Below, in pieces: positions 53,031 through 62,608 of a DNA stretch of 64,000 bases. Each line of letters opens with the position of its first letter. The first letter of the stretch is position 1. The stretch lies in contig JAILQZ010000017.1 in assembly GCA_024698685.1 (NCBI GenBank), positions 27,206 through 91,205 of the forward strand. Reading direction: 5' to 3'. This stretch comes from a bacterium. Its GTDB lineage: Bacteria; Actinomycetota; Coriobacteriia; Coriobacteriales; CADBOM01. The translations under genes were made by a program, and so were the position numbers. Under the pieces are notes generated by a model. The model was given only the letters and a program-made list of their open reading frames with translations. It was not told where the DNA came from and did no database searches.

Positions 53031-54833
53031 CTACTCCCTCCCCTCGCTCGAGATACAGCCGAACGGGCACACCTGGGCGCATTGCCCGCACCCGATGCAC
53101 TGCATCTCGTCGATCTTCGCGCAGCCCTCGTCATCGGTGCCCAGGGCTGGGCAGCCGATCTTGAGGCACGCACCGCACCTCTTGCAGTCGGAAATCGTCG
53201 GCGGCTCCTTGCGCGTGCGCACCAGCAGCCTGCACGGCGAGCAGAAGACGATGACCGAGAGCCCGTCGGAGGCGACTGCCCTCTTAAGCGCCGCGCGGAC
53301 CTCGGCGAGATTCTGCGAGTCGACGCGCTGAACGTCTTCGACACCGAGCGCCTCGCAGAGCTTGACGAGGTCGAGCTCTCGGCTTGGCCTGTTCTGCAGC
53401 GTGATCCCGTTGACCGGGTTGCCCTGCATGCCGGTCATAGCGGTGGTGCGGTTGTCGAGGATGCAGAGCGTACCGCTACCCTGGTTGTAGACCGTGCCCA
53501 GCAGCGAGGTGATTCCAGAGTGCGCGAAGGTCGAATCGCCGATGACGCCGACGATCGGCCTGCCGTCGATCGCGATCGACTTGTCGCTGAACCGCCTTGC
53601 CAGCTCCATGCCGTGCGCCATCGATAGCGAAGCGCCCATGTCGACGACCGAGTCGACCGACGAGAGCGGCGCGAGCGCGCCCAGCGTGTAGCAGCCGATG
53701 TCTCCGTTGACAACCGCATTCATCCTGCGAAGCTCGCTGTAGACGAGCCTGTGGGGACAGCCCGCGCAAAGCGCTGGCGGACGCGGCGGCAAGGCGCCAT
53801 CGAACCTGTCGAATTCGGGCGTCTCGATGCCGAATGCCCTGCGCACGATGCCAGGAGACAGCTCGTCGTCGGGAGGGATCGGCTCGACGAACTCGCTGAG
53901 CTGCACGCCGAGCGCCTTGACCTGCATCGAGAGGTAGTTGCTGGCCTCCTCGACGACGTAGACCTTGTCGACCCTGGAAGCGAAGTCGAGGATCGCCTGG
54001 TCGGGAATGGGATAGGTCATGCCGAGCTTGAGCACGCTGGCCTCAGGAAGGGCCTCGCGAACGTGATTGTAGGTGACGCCAGCGCAGATCACGCCGATGC
54101 TCGTGTCGCGATAATCGGCGCGAACGAAAACGGAGGCGTTGTTGAACTCGGCGAGCTCTTCGACGCGCGCATCGACGAACTTGCGTCGCACCTTGGCATT
54201 GGCGGGCATCATGACCCACTTGACCGGGCTCTTCTCATACTCCTTGCGCGGTTGGTCCGCCCTGTCCTCGCACTCGACGACTGCTTTGGTGTGCGACAGG
54301 CGCACGGTCGAGCGGACGATCACCGGGGTGTCGAAGCGCTCCGAAATCGCAAAGGCCTGCTTGACGTAGAACTTGGCCTCGGCGGGGTCGGCGGGCTCGA
54401 GCAGCGGAACGCGCGCGCCGAGGGCGTGGAAGCGCGTGTCCTGCTCGTTTTGCGAGGAGAAGATGCCCGGGTCGTCGGCGGCGAAGAGAACGAGGCCACC
54501 GTTGACGCCGATGTAGGACATCGAGTAGAGCGGATCGGCCGCAACGTTGACGCCGACGTGCTTCATCGTGACCAACGCGCGCACTCCGCCCATGCTCGCA
54601 CCAGAGGCGACCTCGAAGGCGACCTTCTCGTTCGGAGCCCACTCGGCGTAGACGTCATCGTACTTGGCGAAGGCCTCGAGGGCCTCTGTGGAGGGGGTCC
54701 CGGGATAGCCGGCGCCTATGAGGCACCCAGCTTCCCAAGCGCCCTGCGCCACCGCCTCGTTGCCTGACAACAGCTTGCTTTCAACTGCCACTTCTCTTCC
54801 CTTCTTGCCTGTTGGATTGCCTTTTGAGCGCAA
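53031..54833 (-). CDS. iorA: indolepyruvate:ferredoxin oxidoreductase subunit alpha
   Basis: LLSGNEAVAQGAWEAG is followed by a TPP-binding region (GDIGCYTLG, GDSTFAHSG) and C-terminal 2x[4Fe-4S] motifs (CKRCGACLKIGCP, CIGCGQCAQVCP). The start may instead be the GTG at 54791. Confidence 0.9.
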   Translation of the reverse strand: MRSKGNPTGKKGREVAVESKLLSGNEAVAQGAWEAGCLIGAGYPGTPSTEALEAFAKYDDVYAEWAPNEKVAFEVASGASMGGVRALVTMKHVGVNVAADPLYSMSYIGVNGGLVLFAADDPGIFSSQNEQDTRFHALGARVPLLEPADPAEAKFYVKQAFAISERFDTPVIVRSTVRLSHTKAVVECEDRADQPRKEYEKSPVKWVMMPANAKVRRKFVDARVEELAEFNNASVFVRADYRDTSIGVICAGVTYNHVREALPEASVLKLGMTYPIPDQAILDFASRVDKVYVVEEASNYLSMQVKALGVQLSEFVEPIPPDDELSPGIVRRAFGIETPEFDRFDGALPPRPPALCAGCPHRLVYSELRRMNAVVNGDIGCYTLGALAPLSSVDSVVDMGASLSMAHGMELARRFSDKSIAIDGRPIVGVIGDSTFAHSGITSLLGTVYNQGSGTLCILDNRTTAMTGMQGNPVNGITLQNRPSRELDLVKLCEALGVEDVQRVDSQNLAEVRAALKRAVASDGLSVIVFCSPCRLLVRTRKEPPTISDCKRCGACLKIGCPALGTDDEGCAKIDEMQCIGCGQCAQVCPFGCISSEGRE

Positions 54834-54887
54834 AGGCTCCTCGCGCGCTCGGCGCCCTTCGAACGCTGAGCTCGCACGCTGATCGAG

Positions 54888-55352
54888 CTAGATGTTGAAG
54901 ATCATCGCGAACGTTCCGATCTGCACGATCGTCCCGTTCTTCAAAATGCTCCTGTCCTTGATCTGCCCGTCGATCCACGTTCCGTTGAGGGAATTGAGGT
55001 CCGTGATCACAACCTCGCCATCGATCGCCTCGAGCAGCGCATGCTTGCGCGTGACGGTCATGTTGTTGAGGAAGAGGTCGCACTCCGGATCCCTGCCGAT
55101 GACCAGCGGGAAGTCGGTCAAATGGAACTTCTCGCCCTGCAGCGGGCCCTTGATGATGGTGAGCGTGGGCACGCCATCGACCGGCTTGGATACGGGTTTT
55201 TCCTGCGCAGCCTCGGGAATCGCCTCGAACTGCGCGGTGACGTTGGCGAAGGACTCGGTCCTGCCGACGAGCTTGAATCCGCACCTCGCGCACACGGTGT
55301 CGCTGGCGTCGACGAGCGCGTTGCAAACGGGGCATCTGCTTTGATCTGCCAT
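54888..55352 (-). CDS. zinc-ribbon plus FHA domain protein
   Basis: The N-terminal CPVCNALVDASDTVCARCG is a zinc ribbon. The C-terminal FHA domain shows VIGRDPECDLFL..VTRKHALL...DLNSLNGTWIDG. Confidence 0.8.
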   Translation of the reverse strand: MADQSRCPVCNALVDASDTVCARCGFKLVGRTESFANVTAQFEAIPEAAQEKPVSKPVDGVPTLTIIKGPLQGEKFHLTDFPLVIGRDPECDLFLNNMTVTRKHALLEAIDGEVVITDLNSLNGTWIDGQIKDRSILKNGTIVQIGTFAMIFNI

Positions 55353-55442
55353 GGAATCCTCCTAGATTCGACTGGAGCTTATCTCCGCGATTCCATTGTA
55401 TATCAAAGGGAAGAAAGCTGCCGATAAAGCTGGGCTTCGGCA

Positions 55443-56267
55443 CTATGCGAAAAGCGCCGATGCGCCCACGAAATCGCGCGTCTCGCGCAGTAGATGTGCC
55501 AAGCCAGATTCGCTCACGGAGAGGAGCCTTCCCTCTTCGAGGCCGTCCAGCCAAAGGCCCATGTCGCTCATCACCTGCTCGTAGGGGCGCAGGCCTATCG
55601 CCTGGAGCTCGGGGAAGCTTAGAAGCGCCTGCCACAGCGCCGCAGCGCCCTCGCGCGAGCAGAGGACGAGGATCGTCTCCGCGGGCTCGTCGGAGATCAG
55701 CATCATCGGAATGCCGCCGATCGAGCGAGTGAAGCATGTACCGGAGCCGAGCTGTATCGAGAAGTCGGGGGCGTTCGGCTCCGTGCGAAGCTCATTGAGC
55801 ATCGGGAGCCTGTCCGGGCCCATGATCGCGAGCATGGCGAGCGCGCCGCTCTCGTTGCCGATCTTCACCTCGGAGAAGAGCCCATCTCGCGCCGATACCG
55901 CCGCTGCAATCGTCTTGAGCCAGTCGAAGGCCTCGTCGATCACCGGTGCGTCGACGATCAGCATGTACTCGTCATCGCCGCTGCAGATGACGAGCAGCTC
56001 ATCGATGACGTTGCCCTCTCCGTCGAGCATCAGCGCATGGCTGCTGTGCCCGTGAGTCAACGAGCCGACGTCGCAGGTGAGCACCGTATGCAGGAAGAAG
56101 CCGCTATCGAGGCCGGAGACGCGCAGCATGCCCTGGAATGAGAGGTCGACGAGCAGCGGATTGGCTAATGGGAGGTCGATGTGGTAGTCGATGCCATAGT
56201 CCGCGACGACCTCTGCTCCCCCATACTCGATGTACCTGGCGCCGAGCCTGTCGTGCTCGCGGCGCAT
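55443..56267 (-). CDS. GcvT-family (aminomethyltransferase-fold) folate-binding protein, short form
   Basis: MRREHDRLGARYIEYGGAEVVADYG and LVDLSFQGMLRVSG resemble the N-terminal half of GcvT/YgfZ-family proteins. Start taken at the ATG at 56267. The Arg/Ser-rich 75-aa extension in the track overlaps the upstream gene and was rejected. Confidence 0.55.
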   Translation of the reverse strand: MRREHDRLGARYIEYGGAEVVADYGIDYHIDLPLANPLLVDLSFQGMLRVSGLDSGFFLHTVLTCDVGSLTHGHSSHALMLDGEGNVIDELLVICSGDDEYMLIVDAPVIDEAFDWLKTIAAAVSARDGLFSEVKIGNESGALAMLAIMGPDRLPMLNELRTEPNAPDFSIQLGSGTCFTRSIGGIPMMLISDEPAETILVLCSREGAAALWQALLSFPELQAIGLRPYEQVMSDMGLWLDGLEEGRLLSVSESGLAHLLRETRDFVGASALFA

Positions 56268-56313
56268 CGGATTGTCGCTCGATGCGGCCAAGCGTCTCAC
56301 CCCTCCTCTTCGG

Positions 56314-57654
56314 CTAGCCCTTCGGGAGCATGGGCTGCGTGGTCTCGAGGTTGATGACCTGATCGACGCTGATGAAGTCCCATGTGAAGAGGCTCGTGAA
56401 GCGCGTCCAGCCGATCTGTACCATCTCGAACATCGATGGCGCGGGCTGCGAGTTGGCGGTGACCAGGTCGACGGTGGCGAGGTCCTCGCCATCGCGGCTC
56501 CAGACTATCGAGCCCGCCTTGTCGCCAGCTTCGATTGCGCCGTGGAGATTGTCGACCGTGATGGTGAGGGTGAGGTCTGGATCGTAGTCGAAGCCTACGA
56601 TCGAGACCGACTCCGCGGGCACTATCGGCACGGTGACGTCCAGATAGTCGGTATCCACGGCCTCGCCGACGACCGTCTCGGCATCGAGCAGCGTGATGTT
56701 GTGGTAGTGCTTGAATCCCCAGTTGAGCAGGGTGATGCAGTCACCGAAGCGCTGTTCCTCCGACTTGCAGTAGAGTAGCACGGCGTAGAGCTCGATGCCC
56801 GAGTCCTCGGCAGCCCCAACGAAGCAATAGCCCGCCTTGTTGGTGAAGCCCGTCTTGACGCCAATCATGCCCTCGTAGCGCGTGAGCAGCTCGTTGGTGT
56901 TCTTGAGCTTGATGTCGTATCCGCGCGAAGTCGACTTGTAGGTGAACGATTTCGTGGCCACCACCTTGCGGAAGGTGTCGTTTTTCATCGCGTACATGAC
57001 GAGCTTGATGTAGTCGTTGCAGGTGGTGTAGTTGCCTTTGTCGGTAAGGCCGGTTGGACTGCTGAAGACGGTCGAATCCATTCCCAGCTCCTTGGCCTTC
57101 TCGTTCATCATCTTGGCGAAGCCGTCCGTGCTGCCGCCGTAGTGCTCTGCAAGAGCTATCGCCGCATCGTTGCCCGAGGGCAGCATCATGCAATAGAGGA
57201 GCTGCTCTGCGGTGAGCACATCGCCGCTTCGTAGCTCAGCGGTCGATCCATCGGTTTTGGCTGCGTTCTTCGAGACGGTGATCGAGTCGTTGAGATTGCC
57301 TTTGTCCAAGACCACCATCGCGGTCATGATCTTGGTCAGCGAGGCCATGGCGAGCTTCTCGTCGGGCAGGCGCGACCAGAGGACCTTCCCCGATTGGGTG
57401 GTGAGGATGCCAGCGTAGCAGGTGACGTTGGGCGCGGAGTTCTTGTCGAAGTCCATCTCCGAGATCGGGGTCGTGCCGATCGTGTCGGTGTTGGCGATGG
57501 AAGCGCTGGCCTGGACGGGCGCGAGGACCAGCGAGAGCGTCAGCGCGAGGGCGAGCACCGCCAGAGCGGCTGCGAAGCGGGCTCTTCGCGAGCGCTGCGC
57601 TGGCGTCTGCGGATTCTTTCCTATATCGAAGCGAATGCGGGTTGAAGCTGCCAT
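56314..57654 (-). CDS. D-alanyl-D-alanine carboxypeptidase (serine-type, PBP5 family)
   Basis: It has a signal/anchor sequence. The SxxK motif is ASLTKIMTA, SxN is PSGND and KTG is VKTGFT. A C-terminal beta domain follows. Confidence 0.85.
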   Translation of the reverse strand: MAASTRIRFDIGKNPQTPAQRSRRARFAAALAVLALALTLSLVLAPVQASASIANTDTIGTTPISEMDFDKNSAPNVTCYAGILTTQSGKVLWSRLPDEKLAMASLTKIMTAMVVLDKGNLNDSITVSKNAAKTDGSTAELRSGDVLTAEQLLYCMMLPSGNDAAIALAEHYGGSTDGFAKMMNEKAKELGMDSTVFSSPTGLTDKGNYTTCNDYIKLVMYAMKNDTFRKVVATKSFTYKSTSRGYDIKLKNTNELLTRYEGMIGVKTGFTNKAGYCFVGAAEDSGIELYAVLLYCKSEEQRFGDCITLLNWGFKHYHNITLLDAETVVGEAVDTDYLDVTVPIVPAESVSIVGFDYDPDLTLTITVDNLHGAIEAGDKAGSIVWSRDGEDLATVDLVTANSQPAPSMFEMVQIGWTRFTSLFTWDFISVDQVINLETTQPMLPKG

Positions 57655-57663
57655 GCTCTCCGA

Positions 57664-60183
57664 TTAACTCTTCTTGTCCTCGTCTTCGTACTTCTTCTTC
57701 GTCTGCTCCAGGACGTCTGGCGCGCATTCGATGATCTGGGTCTTCGGCTCGTAGTTCGACTCGAAGTAGTCCTTGTCCACAAGGTTGCCCTTCGCATCGT
57801 AGACGTAGCGCATTATTCCGATGATGTGGCCGTTGACGCCGTAGGTGTTCACCTCGACCTTGCCGCTCGAGAAGTACTCGTTGGCTACGACCTCGGTCTT
57901 GTACTCCTCGCCCTTGTCCCATCTGATCTGCTCGGTCTTGACAACGTATTCGGGATCGATGCCCCAAAGCGAGCATGTGACGCTGGTGTCGTCGTAGTCT
58001 ACCAACAGCAGGATGTAGTTGTTGGTGTTGTTCTTGAACTTGAAGTCGAGATACGGATACGAGAGCGCGGCATCCATGCCGTCATCGTAGCTGGCGACGT
58101 ATGTCGAGTGGTTGTGGCGCTCGACGATCGGGTAACCCGCGTAGAAGACCGCGTCGTAGATCGTCGTGGCAACCTGGCAGATTCCGCCTCCGACCTCGGA
58201 GACGATCTTGCCGCCGATGATGGAGCCGCCCTCCTTGAAGCCCTTGCTCGCATTGCATGCGCCCGTGATGTCGTTTACCGACCAGGTCTCGCCCGGGGCG
58301 ATCAGCGAGTTGGTGAGCATGTCGGAGATGAGATGGATGTTGTGCACCTTCTCCTTGCTGGCCCACTTGTAGGTGGTCCTGTGCTTGCTGATCAGATGGC
58401 CGGTGACCTGCAGCTTCTCCGCATCCTCGTAGGTCAGCTTCGGGTAGCTGGTGGTCACATTGATCACTACGGTGCGGCTGTCGGCCTCTGGCTCGGCCTC
58501 CTCCGCTTCGCCCTCGGCAGGCTCGCCATCGGCCGCCTCCTCGTCCTCGGACGCAGCTTCAGACTCGGCGTCGGACTTCGCCTCCTCAGCCTCCTCCTCG
58601 GCCAGCTCGTCTGCGAACTCCGATGGCGGCTCGGGAACCTCGCCGGCATTCGTGGCAAGCTCTCCATCATTGAAGAGGATGGTGTTGAGCCTCGAAGCGA
58701 TCTCGTAGTAGTTAGGGCCGATTCCGGTTTGCGCGTCGACCCAAGTAAGCTCCTTGCCGTCATAGCTGAACTTGACGTTCTGGGCGGGCGTTCCGATGCT
58801 GCCGATGCCCTTGAGCGACTCGATGCCCTCTTGGGCCAGCGGAACGCTGATATAGGGAACCAGGCTGTCCGAGAAGGTGCCCTCCTCCACGTAGGTGGCC
58901 ACCCAAGAGCCGAGCACGTCGGGCCCGACTTCCCATGTCTGGTCGTTGTACTCGAGGGTGATGGGCTCGGTGATTGCGGCCTGCGCCTTGTCGGCGGCCT
59001 TCTGGGCATCCCTGAGGTCGACCTGCATCTTGACGTTTTGCATAGGCACGACGAAGGCGCGGTCACCCTCGGCCAACATCATCTTCTGCAGGCTCTCCAT
59101 GAGCTTGTCATCGACGACCATGTAGCCGTCGTTGCCCTCGGTGGTTGTGAAGGTGCCCTCGCTGAAGGCGATGTTGGGGTTGACCATCGCGTTGCCAAGA
59201 GCGCCAGTGAGCATCTCGCTGAGCGCGGTGAAGCTGCCTTGGTCGAGCGTGACCACGGGGTCGATCTCGACGCCGAAGGTGTAGCCCCTGACGCGGCCGA
59301 AGAAGAAGTCCCAGCCCCTTCCAACCGCATAGGCCTCCTGCGCCAGCGCCTCGCTATCGATGGTGGCGCCAAGAGTGGCTGGGCTGATGACGAACGCCGG
59401 GCCCTCGAGAGGGTTCTTCTCGAAAGAGAGCATCGTCTCGTAGTCGAAGGCGATCTTCGTCGGCTTCTCCTGTGCCTCCATCGCCTCTTCGCTCTCATAC
59501 ATGTAGATGTCTGCGCTGTCGATCATCGGCTGGTAGGTCTCGTTGATCGCGGTCTTCGCCTCATCGACCGTCATTCCACCCACATCGACCGAGCCTACGT
59601 GCACTCCTGCATGAATCTTGTCCTTGGTGAGAAGGACGTCGATGCCGCAACCGATGGCCAGCAGCAGGATGGCCGCGATGGCGATCTTCGCGCCCTTGCC
59701 CAGCCGCTTCTTCGGCTTGCCGCCGTCGATCGAAGACGGGTATGCCTTGCCGAGGTTCTTCGGCGGCTTCTTCTTTCCGTTGCTGCCCTTGGGACCCTGC
59801 CCACCCTTCGGCGGCTTCGGGCCGTTAGACGAGTTGAACGACTTCGAGGTCTTCGACGGGTTGCTCTTCGGCGGCTTCTTCGTCCCTTGGACACGCTCGC
59901 CCTTGGTGGCCTTCGATTGCTTCGGAGAGCCCTTCACGACCTTGGGGCCCTTGACCGAGCCCTTCGGAGCGCTCTTGGATGAAGGCTTCTGCGAACCCTT
60001 CGGGGCGCTCTTTTGGGAGCTCTTCGCAGCCTTCGTCGTCTTCTTGGACTTCAGCTTCTTGGAATCTCCCTTGGCCTTTGCGGCGGATTCGCTTCCGCTG
60101 CGCTTGCGCGCCTTATCGCCCGAATCCGCATAGAGAGGGAGCGAGTTGGAGAGGCTCTTGCGATATGACTTAGCATCGACCAT
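57664..60183 (-). CDS. VanW-domain membrane protein with a long Lys-rich cytoplasmic N-terminus
   Basis: About 165 aa of Lys/Ser/Pro/Gly-rich sequence precede one TM helix (IAIAAILLLAIGCGIDVLL). The extracellular region follows, with an acidic linker. The C-terminal VanW core is GGGICQVATTIYDAVFYAGYPIVERHNHS. Confidence 0.75.
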   Translation of the reverse strand: MVDAKSYRKSLSNSLPLYADSGDKARKRSGSESAAKAKGDSKKLKSKKTTKAAKSSQKSAPKGSQKPSSKSAPKGSVKGPKVVKGSPKQSKATKGERVQGTKKPPKSNPSKTSKSFNSSNGPKPPKGGQGPKGSNGKKKPPKNLGKAYPSSIDGGKPKKRLGKGAKIAIAAILLLAIGCGIDVLLTKDKIHAGVHVGSVDVGGMTVDEAKTAINETYQPMIDSADIYMYESEEAMEAQEKPTKIAFDYETMLSFEKNPLEGPAFVISPATLGATIDSEALAQEAYAVGRGWDFFFGRVRGYTFGVEIDPVVTLDQGSFTALSEMLTGALGNAMVNPNIAFSEGTFTTTEGNDGYMVVDDKLMESLQKMMLAEGDRAFVVPMQNVKMQVDLRDAQKAADKAQAAITEPITLEYNDQTWEVGPDVLGSWVATYVEEGTFSDSLVPYISVPLAQEGIESLKGIGSIGTPAQNVKFSYDGKELTWVDAQTGIGPNYYEIASRLNTILFNDGELATNAGEVPEPPSEFADELAEEEAEEAKSDAESEAASEDEEAADGEPAEGEAEEAEPEADSRTVVINVTTSYPKLTYEDAEKLQVTGHLISKHRTTYKWASKEKVHNIHLISDMLTNSLIAPGETWSVNDITGACNASKGFKEGGSIIGGKIVSEVGGGICQVATTIYDAVFYAGYPIVERHNHSTYVASYDDGMDAALSYPYLDFKFKNNTNNYILLLVDYDDTSVTCSLWGIDPEYVVKTEQIRWDKGEEYKTEVVANEYFSSGKVEVNTYGVNGHIIGIMRYVYDAKGNLVDKDYFESNYEPKTQIIECAPDVLEQTKKKYEDEDKKS

Positions 60184-60185
60184 GT

Positions 60186-60881
60186 CTAATTCTCCACCTC
60201 CTCATCCATCTCGACGAGGTCGCGCAGTGACACGCCCTTCTTGGTGGTGCCGTAGCGCAGGCCGCGGTAGAAGTAGACGAATGCAGTAACCCATTGGAGG
60301 ATGACGCCGATGTATGCGAAGAGGATGCCGAGATAGCACTCGCCCGCGCCGAAGCCAGGCAGCCAGGAGACCTCGAAGAGGCCGAATCCGGGGACGGTCG
60401 GCCAACCGAACAGCAGCATCGCGAAAGCCGTCATGACGAAGGTGGTGGCCACCTTGCCGATGTAGGCTACGGTTAGGCCCTCGTCGTATTCCTTGCCAAG
60501 CCAGATGGTAAGGCGCAGAAGCAGCAGGTCGCGCAGGAAGATCGCAATCATGATCCACAGCGGAAGCCTGTCGACGACGAAGAGTGCGATGACCCCGAAG
60601 ATGATCAGCAGCCTATCTGCGAGCGGATCGAGAGTCTTGCCGAGCTTGGTGACCGAGTTGGTGGCGCGAGCGATGCGGCCATCGATCCAGTCGGAGCATG
60701 ACGCGATTATGAACAGGGCGCAGCCCAGCATCTCCATGTGGTAGGTGACGAAGGTGATGTAGAAGGCCGGGATGATGAGGAGGCGGAACGCGCTGATGAT
60801 GTTCGGGACCGTTATGATCCTGTCCTCCCCCGTCCTTCTCACGCGCTTGGCTGAAGCATCGGAGGCCCCATTATCGGCCAT
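60186..60881 (-). CDS. pgsA: CDP-alcohol phosphatidyltransferase (PgsA-like)
   Basis: DWIDGRIARATNSVTKLGKTLDPLADRL matches D-x2-DG-x2-AR-x8-G-x3-D-x3-D. Start taken at the ATG at 60881, preceded by GAAGGAGG. A TGGTAGAAT extended -10 lies upstream. Confidence 0.8.
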   Translation of the reverse strand: MADNGASDASAKRVRRTGEDRIITVPNIISAFRLLIIPAFYITFVTYHMEMLGCALFIIASCSDWIDGRIARATNSVTKLGKTLDPLADRLLIIFGVIALFVVDRLPLWIMIAIFLRDLLLLRLTIWLGKEYDEGLTVAYIGKVATTFVMTAFAMLLFGWPTVPGFGLFEVSWLPGFGAGECYLGILFAYIGVILQWVTAFVYFYRGLRYGTTKKGVSLRDLVEMDEEVEN

Positions 60882-61000
60882 ATCCACACCTCCTTCGCCC
60901 AAATCGAGCAAATCAGTACATAATCGGTTTGATTCTACCATTTCTGAAGTGTGTGAGAGGAACGCCGTCTGGCTAGCGAGCACGCGTTGCCAGCGTTAAG

Positions 61001-61035
61001 GCGAAACGAAGCGCGCCTTGTTGCACAAGACGCGC
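61001..61035 (-). terminator. terminator after the ech operon
   Basis: On the minus strand, GCGCGTCTTG-TGCAA-CAAGGCGCGC forms a 10-bp stem with one G-U pair. It is followed by TTCGTTTCGCC. Confidence 0.5.
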
Positions 61036-61077
61036 CTTGATGATGCAAAGCCTATGGGTATTCGGGGGCTTGAGACG

Positions 61078-61515
61078 CTACTCTGGCTCGGCTTCGGCCT
61101 CCACCTCTGTTTCCGCCTCCAGCTCCGCCTCTTCCTCTGACCCGGCTTCAGCCTCCACCTCAGGCTCCTCCTTGGGCTCGGGCTTGACGAAGGTGGAGAT
61201 GGACTCCCCAATGGCGATGGGCATGTACTGGACCTCCATCGTGAGGCAGCTCACCGGGCAGCGCGAAACGCAGTCGTTGCATGTGATGCAGCGCAGCGCA
61301 TCGATCGACCAAGACTTGTCTTCGCGAACCACGGTGATCGCGCCAACCGGACAGCTCCTGTGGCAGAGCCCGCAAAGGATGCATTTCTCGATGTCGATAG
61401 AAACGTGCCCGCGCGTGGCTTCGAAGGGCTCGAACGGCTTTGCCGGGTACATCTTGGTTGCCGGCTTCGAGAAGAGGTTCTTCAGCGACGTGCCGAAGAG
61501 CGAGAATGAACTCAT
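61078..61515 (-). CDS. echF: group 4 [NiFe] hydrogenase 2x[4Fe-4S] ferredoxin subunit (EchF/NuoI-like) with an acidic tail
   Basis: Contains the two cluster motifs CILCGLCHRSCP and CITCNDCVSRCP. The C-terminal ~35 aa read PEPKEEPEVEAEAGSEEEAELEAETEVEAEAEPE. Confidence 0.8.
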   Translation of the reverse strand: MSSFSLFGTSLKNLFSKPATKMYPAKPFEPFEATRGHVSIDIEKCILCGLCHRSCPVGAITVVREDKSWSIDALRCITCNDCVSRCPVSCLTMEVQYMPIAIGESISTFVKPEPKEEPEVEAEAGSEEEAELEAETEVEAEAEPE

Positions 61516-61522
61516 GGCACGC

Positions 61523-62608
61523 CTACCTTTCGGTGCAACTGATGCACGGGTCGATGGTGAGTATGTTCAGCGGCACCTCGGAAAGTTCGCAACCTTGGAG
61601 AAGCTGCACCATTCCGGCTACGTTCTGGCTCGTGGGCGTGCGGATCCTGAACCTCTCGAGGAACCTCGTTCCGTTGCCCTTGACGTAGTAGACGACCTCG
61701 CCGCGCGGCTGCTCGACCCTGCCAATGCCCTGCGCCTCGGGCGGATTGCCCTTGGGCTTCTCGCAGATCGGGCCGTCGGGGATCTTGTCGATCATCTCGC
61801 AGATGATGTCGCAGGATTGCAGCAACTCGTTGCAGCGCACCGCAACGCGAGCGTAGTTGTCTCCCTGGGTGGAGGTCTGCGGCTTGAACTCGGCAAGCTC
61901 GCCATAACCGCCCACACCGAACATCCTGATGTCCTCCTCGACTCCCGATGCCCTGGCGAACGGGCCGACGATGCTGAGCTTGACTGCGTCCTCTTGCGAG
62001 AGATAGCCGCTTCCGACGAGCCTGTCTTTGATCGAGCGGTCCTTGACCAGCGCCTTGATCAATGGCTTCGCGTCGCGCTTGAGCTTCTGGATGATCTGCG
62101 AGATGCCCGCCAGCTCGCTGTTGTCGATGTCGTAGTTGACGCCGCCGACGTTGCATGCGGAGAGGATGACCCTGCCGCCGGTGGTCTTCTCGAAGATGTC
62201 GAGGACGCGCTCGCGCAGACGCCAGCATTGGTAGAAGAGGTTCTCGTAGCCGAAGGAGTCGGCAGCGAGACCCATCCACAGCAGGTGGCTATGGATTCTG
62301 GATAGCTCGAACCAGATGACGCGCAGATACTCGGCGCGCATCGGAACCTCGATGCCCATGAGGCGCTCTATCGTCTGCGAATAGCCGTAGCTGTGTCCGA
62401 AGCTGCAGATGCCGCAGATGCGCTCGGTGACGTAGACGAAGTGCATGTAGTCGCGCGTCTTGACGAGGCGCTCGAGGCCGCGATGAATGAATCCGAGCTG
62501 AGGGATAGCCTGCACGACGCGCTCGTCCTCCATGACGAGGTCGAGGTGGATCGGCTCGGGCAGCACGGGATGCTGCGGACCGAATGGGATCACCGTTCTC
62601 TCACTCAT
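61523..62608 (-). CDS. echE: group 4 [NiFe] hydrogenase large subunit (EchE/NuoD-like)
   Basis: The N-terminal Ni-binding motif is RICGICSFGHSYGY and the C-terminal motif is DPCISCTER. The start MSERTVIPFGPQHP at 62608 overlaps the echD stop (ATGAGTGA). Confidence 0.85.
   Translation of the reverse strand: MSERTVIPFGPQHPVLPEPIHLDLVMEDERVVQAIPQLGFIHRGLERLVKTRDYMHFVYVTERICGICSFGHSYGYSQTIERLMGIEVPMRAEYLRVIWFELSRIHSHLLWMGLAADSFGYENLFYQCWRLRERVLDIFEKTTGGRVILSACNVGGVNYDIDNSELAGISQIIQKLKRDAKPLIKALVKDRSIKDRLVGSGYLSQEDAVKLSIVGPFARASGVEEDIRMFGVGGYGELAEFKPQTSTQGDNYARVAVRCNELLQSCDIICEMIDKIPDGPICEKPKGNPPEAQGIGRVEQPRGEVVYYVKGNGTRFLERFRIRTPTSQNVAGMVQLLQGCELSEVPLNILTIDPCISCTER

Noticed and set aside
59700-60100. 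Tandem-repeat-like DNA that might be a CRISPR array or minisatellite.
   Set aside because: The imperfect repeats are in frame and encode the Lys/Ser/Pro/Gly-rich N-terminal tail of the VanW protein. There are no regularly spaced identical repeats with unique spacers. No CRISPR array or cas gene was seen anywhere in the window.
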